64,000 nt of DNA, from positions 81,548-145,547 of the forward strand of contig CACJNE010000001.1 of NCBI GenBank assembly GCA_902594675.1. The letters are read 5' to 3'. Made by a program: the position numbers and the translations under genes. Of the stretch, positions 18,401 through 26,124 are shown in pieces. The notes below the pieces were generated by a model. It did no database searches. It was not told the origin of the DNA and worked only from the letters and a program-made list of their open reading frames with translations. Every line of letters begins with the position of its first letter. The stretch's first letter is position 1. The DNA is from an uncultured Pelagibacteraceae bacterium (GTDB lineage Bacteria > Pseudomonadota > Alphaproteobacteria > Pelagibacterales > Pelagibacteraceae).

Positions 18401-18605
18401 TATAGCTAATGCATTAAAATTTTTTTACAGCTACAAATCAGCAAAACAAAGACTAAGAAAACTAAGGCTTAAAAATGCAAATCATTTTAGAAATGAACGT
18501 AAAAAAAATATTGAATTACAAAAAATACCATACAATCCTGAGAAATCAGCATTTTATAAAAATCACTGGATTAGTTGGAATGATTTTTTAGGAAAGAATA
18601 AATAG
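15465..18605 (+). CDS. Mrr-like restriction endonuclease / SF2 (DEAH) helicase with six C-terminal Trp-rich repeats
   Basis: GIDLIA..WAIQCK (PD-x-QxK), PRPHQ, MPCGTGKS, MDEAH, MTAT, LTEGVDLP, QAAGRALR. Six ~60-aa repeats ending Y-K-x-x-x-W-x-x-W-x-x-F-L-G. ATG at 15465 preferred over TTG at 15435. Confidence 0.88.
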   Translation: MQERKIIQQSKSFKDLDRTLKKLIKNKKAKLAGSIFEYLTKLFLEVSPEYKTKLRKVYLLNEIPTAVKRKLKLPKTDEGIDLIAETFDNEYWAIQCKYRSDKTETLKVKGDLATFNNLAFTVCKNISHGLIAATVNRPPQKKQLLNVGYILLNEWLKLDRDGGELFSQIKAKAIGKIVKPKKLSPRPHQKEAISKTISYFKSNERGKIIMPCGTGKSLTAFWIAEKIKPKSILIAVPSLSLLQQTLKVWTREFLLNNIEPDWLCVCSDDTVKEEQDDFVTFSSDLGIKVDTDPRVIRNFLRKKTKKLKIVFTTYQSGRATAIGSKGFKYDLGIMDEAHKTVGSGKKPMAHLLHQKNIKIKKRLFMTATERLFKGDSDEYMSMDDPRDYGNLIYELSFKEAINSKPPIISDYKIITFGITTPEIEKIAEDNKYLEVKKDLKDITARELATAIALRKAIKKLKIKNAISFHRSIRRAENFRKQQDLISKIYPTYGKLKTFHVRGEMPTSDRALEMLSFEEEKGLMTNARCLTEGVDLPAIDCVCFTDPKRSKVDIVQAAGRALRLVKGKKFGYILIPIFIPDGIDFDTAAEAQGFDDVSITVRALATTDKRIVEYLRAVSEGTKPKGGSPVDGVTSINNLYKVEAEEFNKAVQIKVWDKVARGNWRSYDEAKKYANDHNIKSSTEWYELKKQNKIPKDIPAAVDQIYKNKGWKSWAHFLENINVNFHNFIPFKEAKKICLKNKIKSLTSWRKFALKNSTLEKPIPLTPYVAYKNRGWVDADNFFGKEKKDYKLKLSTLSNFAKKNKINSSHNWFELHTKGKIPQQYAYRPDKVYKNKGWISWSNFLGTKKIYKVDLDKYNYDEARKKAKSLKITTNQEWQRYHQLGKLKNFPLRPEKVYLKEWTNWLDFFGKDKAYIVPKDKWLNYIQAEKIVRKYNLKNYTEWKKIKKEKLEKLKIPRYPDHIYKNKGWKSWAHFLGSKNIANALKFFYSYKSAKQRLRKLRLKNANHFRNERKKNIELQKIPYNPEKSAFYKNHWISWNDFLGKNK

Positions 18606-18623
18606 AAAATAAAATTTAATCCT

Positions 18624-18644
18624 AAAGACTACAAAAAGACTACA
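18624..18644 (+). repeat. 21-bp boundary repeat (right)
   Basis: Identical to 15413-15433; 18 nt after the helicase stop. Confidence 0.92.
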
Positions 18645-18746
18645 GTTAGTTCTACTTCCTTCCCCTATATGTTCTTATTAAACGATTTTGATTTTTAAAA
18701 TTATTTTTAAAAATTTTAATTTTATTGCAAATAAATGAGATTTTAG

Positions 18747-18822
18747 TGGTGCCCCCGCACGGACTCGAACCGCGGACCTATTGATTACAAATCAATTGCT
18801 CTACCAGCTGAGCTACAAGGGC
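18747..18822 (-). tRNA. tRNA-Thr(TGT)
   Basis: Reverse complement GCCCTTGTAGCTCAGCTGGTAGAGCAATTGATTTGTAATCAATAGGTCCGCGGTTCGAGTCCGTGCGGGGGCACCA. Confidence 0.97.
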
Positions 18823-18967
18823 TTATGATTTAGTAAGTGAATTTTTAGTTTATAAGACAAATTAAATCAATCAATAAAAAACGTTACAAACAGACTTGTC
18901 TATTTATATAATCTTAAAGTGTTTAATTTCATCAGTAGTAAATTATTTAGTAAAATGATATTAATTC

Positions 18968-19810
18968 ATGATGAAATTTTTTGTTATAGAGGATTTTTTA
19001 AATGCTGAAGATTGTAGGAATTTAATAAACGATGCAAAAATATTTACTAAAAATATAGATTTTTTTAAATATCACGGAAATAGAGAAGATATAACCTCAT
19101 CTAGTTTAGCTTACAGCCAACTATTATTGGAATCGGTTAATTGGAAAAATCTAGCAAATAAGATTAATTCTGAAGAATTCTTTAACATATGTTGCGAAAA
19201 ATTAGGAGTTGACTCAAATAAGTTTCATTTAAAAAACTTTTTCAATATTGAGTTTCCTTCTCAAAATCAAAGAATATATAAAATGATGAGTGATAAAAAA
19301 TTAAATTTAATTTCAAGTAAAAGTCTTATAAAATATACATTATATAGAACTTATAGAGATATTGTTAGAAAAGTTAAATTTTCAAAATTATTTAATATAA
19401 ATAAAAAACCTTTAGAGTTGTTATACAATTATGCAAAGGCTGGAAATGGATATACAAGAGAAATTCATAGAGATAGTGACAGCCGCTTAATAGTTTTTGT
19501 TTTATATCTCAATGAATTATCTGAAAATGGTGAAGGGGGCACTTTTGATATTTACAAAAGAATAAAAGAAGACAAAAATTTAGCTCAGCCACTTCATGAG
19601 TCTTGTGAAAAAATTGAAAGCATTAGTCCAGGATTAGGCAAACTTATAATGTTCTTAAACACAGATGAAAGTTATCATGCCGTAAGTGAAATGAAAAATT
19701 TTGAAGATTATAGATATTTTATTTATGGTAGTTTCACACTGTTAGCAGATAAAAATCAGTTTATAAAAAATAAAAGTACTCTTGGTACTGACTACCACAA
19801 TTACGAGTAA
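18968..19810 (+). CDS. 2OG-Fe(II) oxygenase family protein
   Basis: IHRDS (HxD), VLYLN, GGTF, SYHAVS (distal His), YRYFIY (Arg). Confidence 0.8.
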   Translation: MMKFFVIEDFLNAEDCRNLINDAKIFTKNIDFFKYHGNREDITSSSLAYSQLLLESVNWKNLANKINSEEFFNICCEKLGVDSNKFHLKNFFNIEFPSQNQRIYKMMSDKKLNLISSKSLIKYTLYRTYRDIVRKVKFSKLFNINKKPLELLYNYAKAGNGYTREIHRDSDSRLIVFVLYLNELSENGEGGTFDIYKRIKEDKNLAQPLHESCEKIESISPGLGKLIMFLNTDESYHAVSEMKNFEDYRYFIYGSFTLLADKNQFIKNKSTLGTDYHNYE

Positions 19811-19821
19811 TATTAGTTTAA

Positions 19822-20910
19822 ATGAAAAGTAATGATTTAGATATTAAGTGCAGGGTTTGTCTCTCTAATAATTTAGAAATATTCAAGATTCATCATTTCT
19901 GTTTTTCTCCAAAAGATAATAATTGGAAGAGTTATTTTTGTTTCGAATGTGGTGCTGTCTCTGAATTTAATTCTAAAAATGAAGAAAATATTTATGCTAC
20001 TTCAGAGTATAGAGATAAAAAAAACCATTTTAATGATAACTCGGAAGATAAAAATATTTTACCACCCATTGATCCTTGGTCTACCGTATCCTTTAAAAGA
20101 TGGAAACATATTTATGATATATTAGATAACAAAACAACAATCACAAAAAAAAAAGAATTCAAGATGTTAGATTATGGTGGTTATAACGGATTTTTACCAT
20201 ACGCTTTTAACCAAAAAAATAAAGTCAATTCTTATGTGGCTGATTTTGATAAAAAAGGTTTAAGAATGGCAGAATTTTTAGGCTCAAAAGTTATTAATTT
20301 ATCTATCAATAGTGTTGAAGAAAAAAATTTTGATCTAATAACACTTGTTCATGTCTTAGAGCATTTAGATTACCCAAAAAATCAGCTAGAAAAATTAAAA
20401 GAAAATCTTTCTAATGAAGGTTTGATTTATGCAGAAGTGCCAAATTTATATGGTTTTCCATTGGGAGATCCCGCACATAATATTGCTTTTACAAAATTTT
20501 CATTAAGTAAAATGTTTTTAGATTTAGGTTTTGATGTAATTAGTTGTGGTTATACTAGTACTCCCAAAGATTCAATCAAGTTTGGTTATTTTTATTCTTC
20601 AATATTTGAAGCTATTTATATAGTAGCAGCACCTACGGATAGTAGGAAAAATAGAAATAAATTGCCTTCTCCAAATATTCCAAAGAGTATTGTTAAATTT
20701 AAATATGATTTGAATTTATCTTATGTAAAAATTATGCTGAAATTTATTTCTCCTAATATTTTTAAATTATTCTTTCAATATTTTAAAATATTTATATTAT
20801 TTTCGTTTTATGGTTTATTTGAACTATTATGTCTTAAAATATTTAAGAAATCATTTGGTGGTAAAACAATTATTAGTAAATTAATAAAGAAAAGAAAAAA
20901 TAGAAATTGA
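19822..20910 (+). CDS. Class I SAM-dependent methyltransferase with N-terminal Zn ribbon
   Basis: CRVC..CFEC, MLDYGGYNG, FDLITLVHVLEHL, YAEVPN. Confidence 0.8.
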   Translation: MKSNDLDIKCRVCLSNNLEIFKIHHFCFSPKDNNWKSYFCFECGAVSEFNSKNEENIYATSEYRDKKNHFNDNSEDKNILPPIDPWSTVSFKRWKHIYDILDNKTTITKKKEFKMLDYGGYNGFLPYAFNQKNKVNSYVADFDKKGLRMAEFLGSKVINLSINSVEEKNFDLITLVHVLEHLDYPKNQLEKLKENLSNEGLIYAEVPNLYGFPLGDPAHNIAFTKFSLSKMFLDLGFDVISCGYTSTPKDSIKFGYFYSSIFEAIYIVAAPTDSRKNRNKLPSPNIPKSIVKFKYDLNLSYVKIMLKFISPNIFKLFFQYFKIFILFSFYGLFELLCLKIFKKSFGGKTIISKLIKKRKNRN

Positions 20911-20929
20911 TTTATTAATAATTAACTAA

Positions 20930-21667
20930 TTACTTATTATTTTTTAAATGATGAAAAACAATAGCCGCACTGTTTGATATATTTAAACTTTCAATATTCT
21001 TATTAATATTTATTTTCACTGAGAAATCAGTATACTTTTTAGTATGTTGATTAAGACCAAACCCTTCAGATCCGAACAGTAAAATATTATTTCCAGTCCA
21101 TTTAATTTGAGTAAAATCTTTATCGCTATTTGCAGCAAAACCATAAACCCAAAAGTTTTTATCTCTAAGATATTTTAAAGTTGTGTTTATATTTGATACT
21201 TGAAAAATGTTTAGATTTTCAACACAACCACTTGCAGATTTATATAATACTTTACTTTCACTTGGAAAATGCCTTTCTTTTACAATTAAACCGTCAATAT
21301 CAAATGAAGCTGCGCTTCTTATTAAAGAACCTATATTTCTTGGATCCGTAACCCCATCTAAACAAACAAATGTTAAATTATTTTTTTTTTTAATAAATTC
21401 TTTTAGTTCTGGATTTTCCAAATGTTCAATCTCAGCAACAAATCCTTGATGAAGAATATCTTCACTTCTACAATATTTGCCTAATTCTTTTTTTGTTTTA
21501 AAAAAAACTTTTACATCCTTTAATAAATTTCTATTGGGATTAAGTTTATGAATATTTTTTTTACTATCTTCCGTTAAGAAAACTTTTAAAACCCTTCTTT
21601 TGGGGTTTTTTAATGCACCAATTACTGCATGACGCCCAGCTATAAAAAAGGATGATTTTTGTGCCAT
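20930..21667 (-). CDS. rlmB: 23S rRNA Gm2251 methyltransferase (SpoU/TrmH family)
   Basis: GRHAV, HQG, LDGVTDPRNIGSLIRSA, GSEGFG, ESLNISNSAA. Confidence 0.88.
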   Translation of the reverse strand: MAQKSSFFIAGRHAVIGALKNPKRRVLKVFLTEDSKKNIHKLNPNRNLLKDVKVFFKTKKELGKYCRSEDILHQGFVAEIEHLENPELKEFIKKKNNLTFVCLDGVTDPRNIGSLIRSAASFDIDGLIVKERHFPSESKVLYKSASGCVENLNIFQVSNINTTLKYLRDKNFWVYGFAANSDKDFTQIKWTGNNILLFGSEGFGLNQHTKKYTDFSVKININKNIESLNISNSAAIVFHHLKNNK

Positions 21668-21798
21668 AATTTATGATTTTATATGGTTTTTATACTATTT
21701 TTCCTGAAATTCACGTATTGCATTTGTACAATAAAAATATATAAAACGCATGTTGTTTAAAGCTTTATTGAACATGGGGACGCTTCCCCTACTATTTG

Positions 21799-21884
<86 letters not shown>

Positions 21885-21926
21885 TTAATAAAACTTTGAA
21901 TAACTTTGGAGTGCGCACTTGGGTAT

Positions 21927-22000
21927 GCGGGTGTAGTTCAGTGGTAGAACACTAGCCTTCCAAGCTGGTTGCGTGAGTTCGATTCTCATCACCCGCTCCA
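21927..22000 (+). tRNA. tRNA-Gly(TCC)
   Basis: GCGGGTG/CACCCGC acceptor stem, CTAGC-CTTCCAA-GCTGG, CCA. Confidence 0.97.
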
Positions 22001-22037
22001 AAAATTATAAAATTAAAAAAAGTGAGGAATAAAAGTA

Positions 22038-23228
22038 ATGTCGAAGGAAAAATTTGTAAGAAATAAACCGCATTGTAATATAGGTACAATCGGACACGTT
22101 GATCATGGAAAAACAACTTTAACAGCCGCGATAACAAAAGTGTTATCAGAGGGTGGTGGAGCAAATTTTGTTGCATATGATCAAATTGATAAAGCGCCTG
22201 AGGAGAAAGAGAGAGGTATAACTATTTCAACAGCTCACGTTGAATACGAAACTGAAAATAGACATTACGCTCACGTCGATTGCCCTGGTCACGCAGATTA
22301 TGTAAAAAATATGATTACGGGTGCCGCACAAATGGATGGAGCTATATTAGTTGTAAATGCAGCTGATGGACCAATGCCACAGACGAGAGAACATATTCTA
22401 CTTGCTCGTCAAGTTGGAGTTCCAGCTATTGTTGTATATTTAAATAAAGTAGATCAAGTTGATGATAAAGAAATGATAGATTTGGTCGAAGAAGAAATTA
22501 AAGATTTATTAACCTCTTATAAATTCCCTGGAGACAAGACTCCAATTATAAAAGGTTCTGCTTTAGCTGCAGTTGAAGGAAGAGATGATGAAATAGGTAA
22601 AAACTCTATAATGGAGTTAATGAAATCTGTAGATGAATTCATTCCACAACCAGATAGACCTAAAGATAAAGATTTCTTAATGCCAGTTGAAGATGTATTT
22701 TCAATTTCAGGAAGAGGAACAGTTGTAACTGGGAGAGTTGAGTCTGGTGTTATTAAAACCGGTGAAGAAATTGAAATAGTTGGAATCAGAGAAACTAAGA
22801 AATCAGTATGCACAGGAGTTGAAATGTTTCGAAAATTATTAGACTCAGGTGAAGCAGGAGATAATATTGGAGCGCTATTAAGAGGTGTTGAAAGAACTGA
22901 TGTTGAAAGAGGTCAGGTTTTATGTAAACCTGGATCTATTAAACCACACACTAAATTCGAGGCTCAAGCTTATGTACTTAAGAAAGAAGAGGGTGGAAGA
23001 CATACGCCATTTTTTACAAAGTATAGACCTCAATTTTATTTTAGAACAACGGATGTTACTGGAGAAGTAGAATTACCTGCAGGTACAGAAATGGTAATGC
23101 CAGGGGATGACGCAAAATTTACAGTAAAACTTATTACCCCAATTGCAATGGATGAAAAACTTAATTTTGCAATTAGAGAAGGTGGAAGAACAGTAGGAGC
23201 TGGAGTAGTAACTAAGATTATAGAGTAA
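22038..23228 (+). CDS. tuf: Elongation factor Tu
   Basis: [27 protein letters not shown]. Confidence 0.99.
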   Translation: MSKEKFVRNKPHCNIGTIGHVDHGKTTLTAAITKVLSEGGGANFVAYDQIDKAPEEKERGITISTAHVEYETENRHYAHVDCPGHADYVKNMITGAAQMDGAILVVNAADGPMPQTREHILLARQVGVPAIVVYLNKVDQVDDKEMIDLVEEEIKDLLTSYKFPGDKTPIIKGSALAAVEGRDDEIGKNSIMELMKSVDEFIPQPDRPKDKDFLMPVEDVFSISGRGTVVTGRVESGVIKTGEEIEIVGIRETKKSVCTGVEMFRKLLDSGEAGDNIGALLRGVERTDVERGQVLCKPGSIKPHTKFEAQAYVLKKEEGGRHTPFFTKYRPQFYFRTTDVTGEVELPAGTEMVMPGDDAKFTVKLITPIAMDEKLNFAIREGGRTVGAGVVTKIIE

Positions 23229-23235
23229 ACTCAAT

Positions 23236-23311
23236 AGGAGTGTAGCTCAATTGGTAGAGCGCCGGTCTCCAAAACCGGAGGTTGGGGGTTCGATTCCCTT
23301 CGCTCCTGCCA
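23236..23311 (+). tRNA. tRNA-Trp(CCA)
   Basis: AGGAGTG/CGCTCCT acceptor stem, CCGGT-CTCCAAA-ACCGG, CCA. Confidence 0.97.
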
Positions 23312-23326
23312 GTTTAGTTAAAAATT

Positions 23327-23518
23327 ATGAAAAATCCTTTAAAATTTATTCAAGATGTAAAACAAGAGGCTTTTAAAGTTACTTGGCCAACAGCCAAAGA
23401 AACTGTCCAAGGTGCCTTAATGGTTTTTGCTATGGCAGTTTTAGCATCAATATTTTTTCTTTTATTAGATCAGGTTTTAAAATTTTTTTTAGAAATAATC
23501 CTTAAGGTGAGCTTATAA
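23327..23518 (+). CDS. secE: Preprotein translocase SecE
   Basis: KVTWPT motif plus TM; lies between tRNA-Trp and nusG. Confidence 0.95.
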   Translation: MKNPLKFIQDVKQEAFKVTWPTAKETVQGALMVFAMAVLASIFFLLLDQVLKFFLEIILKVSL

Positions 23519-24048
23519 TGAAAAATTGGTATATTGTGCAATCACACTCAAGTTTTGAGAATAAAGTTGCACAATTAATTAAAGAAGAGGCTGAGAAGGC
23601 AAAAATTCAGGAAAAAATTGAAGAGATTATAGTTCCTACTCACGATATTACAGAGGTTAAAAGAGGAAAAAGGGTTCAAAGAAAAAAAAAATATTTTCCT
23701 GGTTATGTTTTAATTAAAACTGAAATGGATAACAATATTTATCATATGATTAAAAATTTGAAAAAAGTTAGTGGCTTTCTTGGTTCAAAGGGTACACCTA
23801 TACCTGTATCAGATAAGGAAATTGAAAAAATTTTAGGTCAAATTAAAGACGGAGTTGCTCAACCTAAGTCAGGCGTTGAGTACAGCATAGGAGAAAAAGT
23901 ACAAGTTATCGATGGACCGTTTGCATCTTTTAATGGTTTGGTAGAGGATATAGATGAAGAAAAGTTAAGACTAAAGGTATCAGTATCAATATTTGGACGT
24001 CCAACACCAGTAGATTTAGAATATAACCAAGTTGAAAAGGTAAGTTAA
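23518..24048 (+). CDS. nusG: Transcription factor NusG
   Basis: [26 protein letters not shown]. Confidence 0.98.
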   Translation: MKNWYIVQSHSSFENKVAQLIKEEAEKAKIQEKIEEIIVPTHDITEVKRGKRVQRKKKYFPGYVLIKTEMDNNIYHMIKNLKKVSGFLGSKGTPIPVSDKEIEKILGQIKDGVAQPKSGVEYSIGEKVQVIDGPFASFNGLVEDIDEEKLRLKVSVSIFGRPTPVDLEYNQVEKVS

Positions 24049-24476
24049 TGGCAAAAAAAGAAATAAGTGGATATGTAAAATTACAAATAAAGGGTGGTCA
24101 AGCTAACCCAGCTCCTCCTGTTGGTCCTGCACTTGGTCAAAGAGGAATAAATATAATGGAGTTTTGTAAGGCTTTTAACGACAAAACCAAAGCTTTTGCT
24201 GGAAAACCTGTGCCTGTAATAATAACTGTATACAAAGATAAAAAATTTGATTTTGTTATTAAATCGCCTCCAGCCTCGCACTTTATTAAAGAAGCAATGA
24301 AATTAAAAAGTGGATCAAAAGAACCCGGAAGGAATATAATTGGTTCTATATCCAAGAGCCAACTTAAAGAAATTGCAAAGAAAAAAATGGAAGATTTAAA
24401 CGCAAATGACTTAGAAGAAGCGGCTAAAATAATAGCTGGCTCTGCAAGATCTATGGGTATTGAGGTTAAAGAATAA
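24048..24476 (+). CDS. rplK: 50S ribosomal protein L11
   Basis: [20 protein letters not shown]. Confidence 0.98.
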   Translation: MAKKEISGYVKLQIKGGQANPAPPVGPALGQRGINIMEFCKAFNDKTKAFAGKPVPVIITVYKDKKFDFVIKSPPASHFIKEAMKLKSGSKEPGRNIIGSISKSQLKEIAKKKMEDLNANDLEEAAKIIAGSARSMGIEVKE

Positions 24477-25165
24477 TGAAATCTAAAAGATACAATAAAT
24501 TACCTTTAAATAGCAAAGAATTACCCTCAGTATCAATAATAGATATTTTGGAAACAATAAAAAATAATTGTACAACAAAATTTGACGAGTCAGTAGAGCT
24601 GAGTTTTAGAATTAATAATAAACAAAAAAAAAATGAAATTAATTTAAGAACTGTTGTTAATCTTCCAGGAGGAACAGGTAAGAATGTTAAAGTTGCAGTT
24701 GTTTGTGAGGATGACAAGATGAATGAAGCTAATCAAGCAAATGCAGACTTGGTTGGAGGAGATGATCTTGTTGAAAAAATTAAAAATGGAGAGTTAAATT
24801 TTGAAAAGTTAATCTGTACACCAACAATGATGATAAAACTTTCAAAATTAGGAAAAATTTTAGGACCCAAAGGTTTAATGCCAAATCCAAAACTAGGTTC
24901 AGTAACAAATGATATAGTAAAAGCAGTTAATGAGGCTAAAGCAGGACAAGTTGAACTCAGAAACGACAAAGATGGAAATATAGGTTTAAGTATTGGAAAA
25001 AAATCTTTTGAGAATGAGCAAATAATAAAAAATTTTAATGCTGTTATTGAGGCCTTAGAAAAAGAAAAATCAAATTTAACTATTAAGGGAGATTTGATAA
25101 AACAAGCATTTATTACCTCAAGCATGGGTGTTTCATACAGATTAAAATTAGAAAAGAGTTTTTAG
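24476..25165 (+). CDS. rplA: 50S ribosomal protein L1
   Basis: KFDESVE, LGPKGLMPNPKLG. Confidence 0.97.
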   Translation: MKSKRYNKLPLNSKELPSVSIIDILETIKNNCTTKFDESVELSFRINNKQKKNEINLRTVVNLPGGTGKNVKVAVVCEDDKMNEANQANADLVGGDDLVEKIKNGELNFEKLICTPTMMIKLSKLGKILGPKGLMPNPKLGSVTNDIVKAVNEAKAGQVELRNDKDGNIGLSIGKKSFENEQIIKNFNAVIEALEKEKSNLTIKGDLIKQAFITSSMGVSYRLKLEKSF

Positions 25166-25167
25166 TT

Positions 25168-25677
25168 ATGATGAATAAAGAGCAGAAGAAACAGTATATA
25201 AACGATATGTCATCTCAATTTGATAAAACTGAAGCTGTAATTGTTACTCATTATCAAGGCTTAACAGTAAATCAATTGGATGAGCTTAGAAAAAAAATGA
25301 GAGAGCATGGTATTAAATTTAAGATAACAAATAATAGAATTACCAAATTAGCTTTGGAAAAAACTAGATGTAAAGAGATTTCAAATTTATTTACGGGACC
25401 AACAGCTGTAGCTCTTTCTGAAGACGCCATAACATCAGCTAAAATTTTAACTAAATTTTCAAAAGAAAATGAAAATTTAAAAATATTGGGTGGAATCATG
25501 GGTGCTGATGTTTTAGATGTCGCCGGAGTCCAAAATGTAGCATCATTACCAACTCTTGAAGAAAGCAGGGCCAAAATAGTGGGTATTTTGAGCTCTCCTG
25601 CACAAAAAATTGCAAGTATTTTACTTGCGCCGGCGTCAAAAATCGCTATTTTAGCGCTCGAAAAATCAAAAAAATAA
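25168..25677 (+). CDS. rplJ: 50S ribosomal protein L10
   Basis: YQGLTV..LRK, GPTA, LPTLEE; operon position. Confidence 0.96.
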   Translation: MMNKEQKKQYINDMSSQFDKTEAVIVTHYQGLTVNQLDELRKKMREHGIKFKITNNRITKLALEKTRCKEISNLFTGPTAVALSEDAITSAKILTKFSKENENLKILGGIMGADVLDVAGVQNVASLPTLEESRAKIVGILSSPAQKIASILLAPASKIAILALEKSKK

Positions 25678-25698
25678 ACTAGGAACAAATTTATTATT

Positions 25699-26070
25699 AT
25701 GGCTGACTTAAATAAAATTATAGAGGATTTATCAAGCTTAACTGTTGTAGAAGCAGCAGAGCTTTCAAAACAACTTGAAGAAAAATGGGGAGTAACAGCT
25801 GCTGCTGCAGTTGCTGCTGCACCAGCTGCGGCTGCAGGAGAAGCTCCAGCTGAGGAAAAGGATGAGTTTACAGTTATGTTAACTGCTGCAGGTGACAAAA
25901 AAATTAATGTGATTAAAGAAGTAAGAGCTGTAACAGAACTAGGTTTGAAAGAAGCTAAGGATTTAGTTGAGGGCGCACCTAAAGAAGTTAAGTCTGGTGT
26001 TAATAAAAAAGAAGCTGAAGAAATTAAATCTAAGTTAGAAGCTGCAGGCGCTAAAGTAGAGCTTAAATAA
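25699..26070 (+). CDS. rplL: 50S ribosomal protein L7/L12
   Basis: Ala-rich hinge, [23 protein letters not shown]. Confidence 0.98.
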   Translation: MADLNKIIEDLSSLTVVEAAELSKQLEEKWGVTAAAAVAAAPAAAAGEAPAEEKDEFTVMLTAAGDKKINVIKEVRAVTELGLKEAKDLVEGAPKEVKSGVNKKEAEEIKSKLEAAGAKVELK

Positions 26071-26091
26071 AAACAAACAGAAAGAATTTTT

Positions 26092-26114
26092 TTACTGAAA
26101 AATTTTTTCAGTAA
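26092..26114 (+). promoter_or_regulatory. Perfect 11-bp inverted repeat between rplL and rpoB (possible attenuator or processing hairpin)
   Basis: TTACTGAAAAA-T-TTTTTCAGTAA. Confidence 0.45.
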
Positions 26115-26124
26115 TACATAAGGT

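Larger units (their letters stand above)
15337..18746. mobile_element. Integrase-less single-gene island at tRNA-Thr(TGT)
   Basis: Flanked by the 49-bp tRNA direct repeat and inner 21-bp direct repeats; one cargo gene. Confidence 0.85.

Noticed and set aside
6584-18644. Boundary repeats as classical integron attC sites or IS ends
   Set aside because: They are direct tandem motifs without the RYYYAAC...GTTRRRY inverted structure or terminal inverted repeats. No intI or transposase is present.
21750-21790. Small hairpins upstream of tRNA-Tyr as a separate ncRNA
   Set aside because: Short stems within a tRNA precursor leader, with no recognisable family.
21952-22176. 74-aa minus-strand ORF
   Set aside because: Overlaps tRNA-Gly and tuf on the opposite strand.
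25272-25898. 208-aa minus-strand ORF
   Set aside because: Antisense shadow of rplJ/rplL; its Ala-rich stretch mirrors the L7/L12 hinge.
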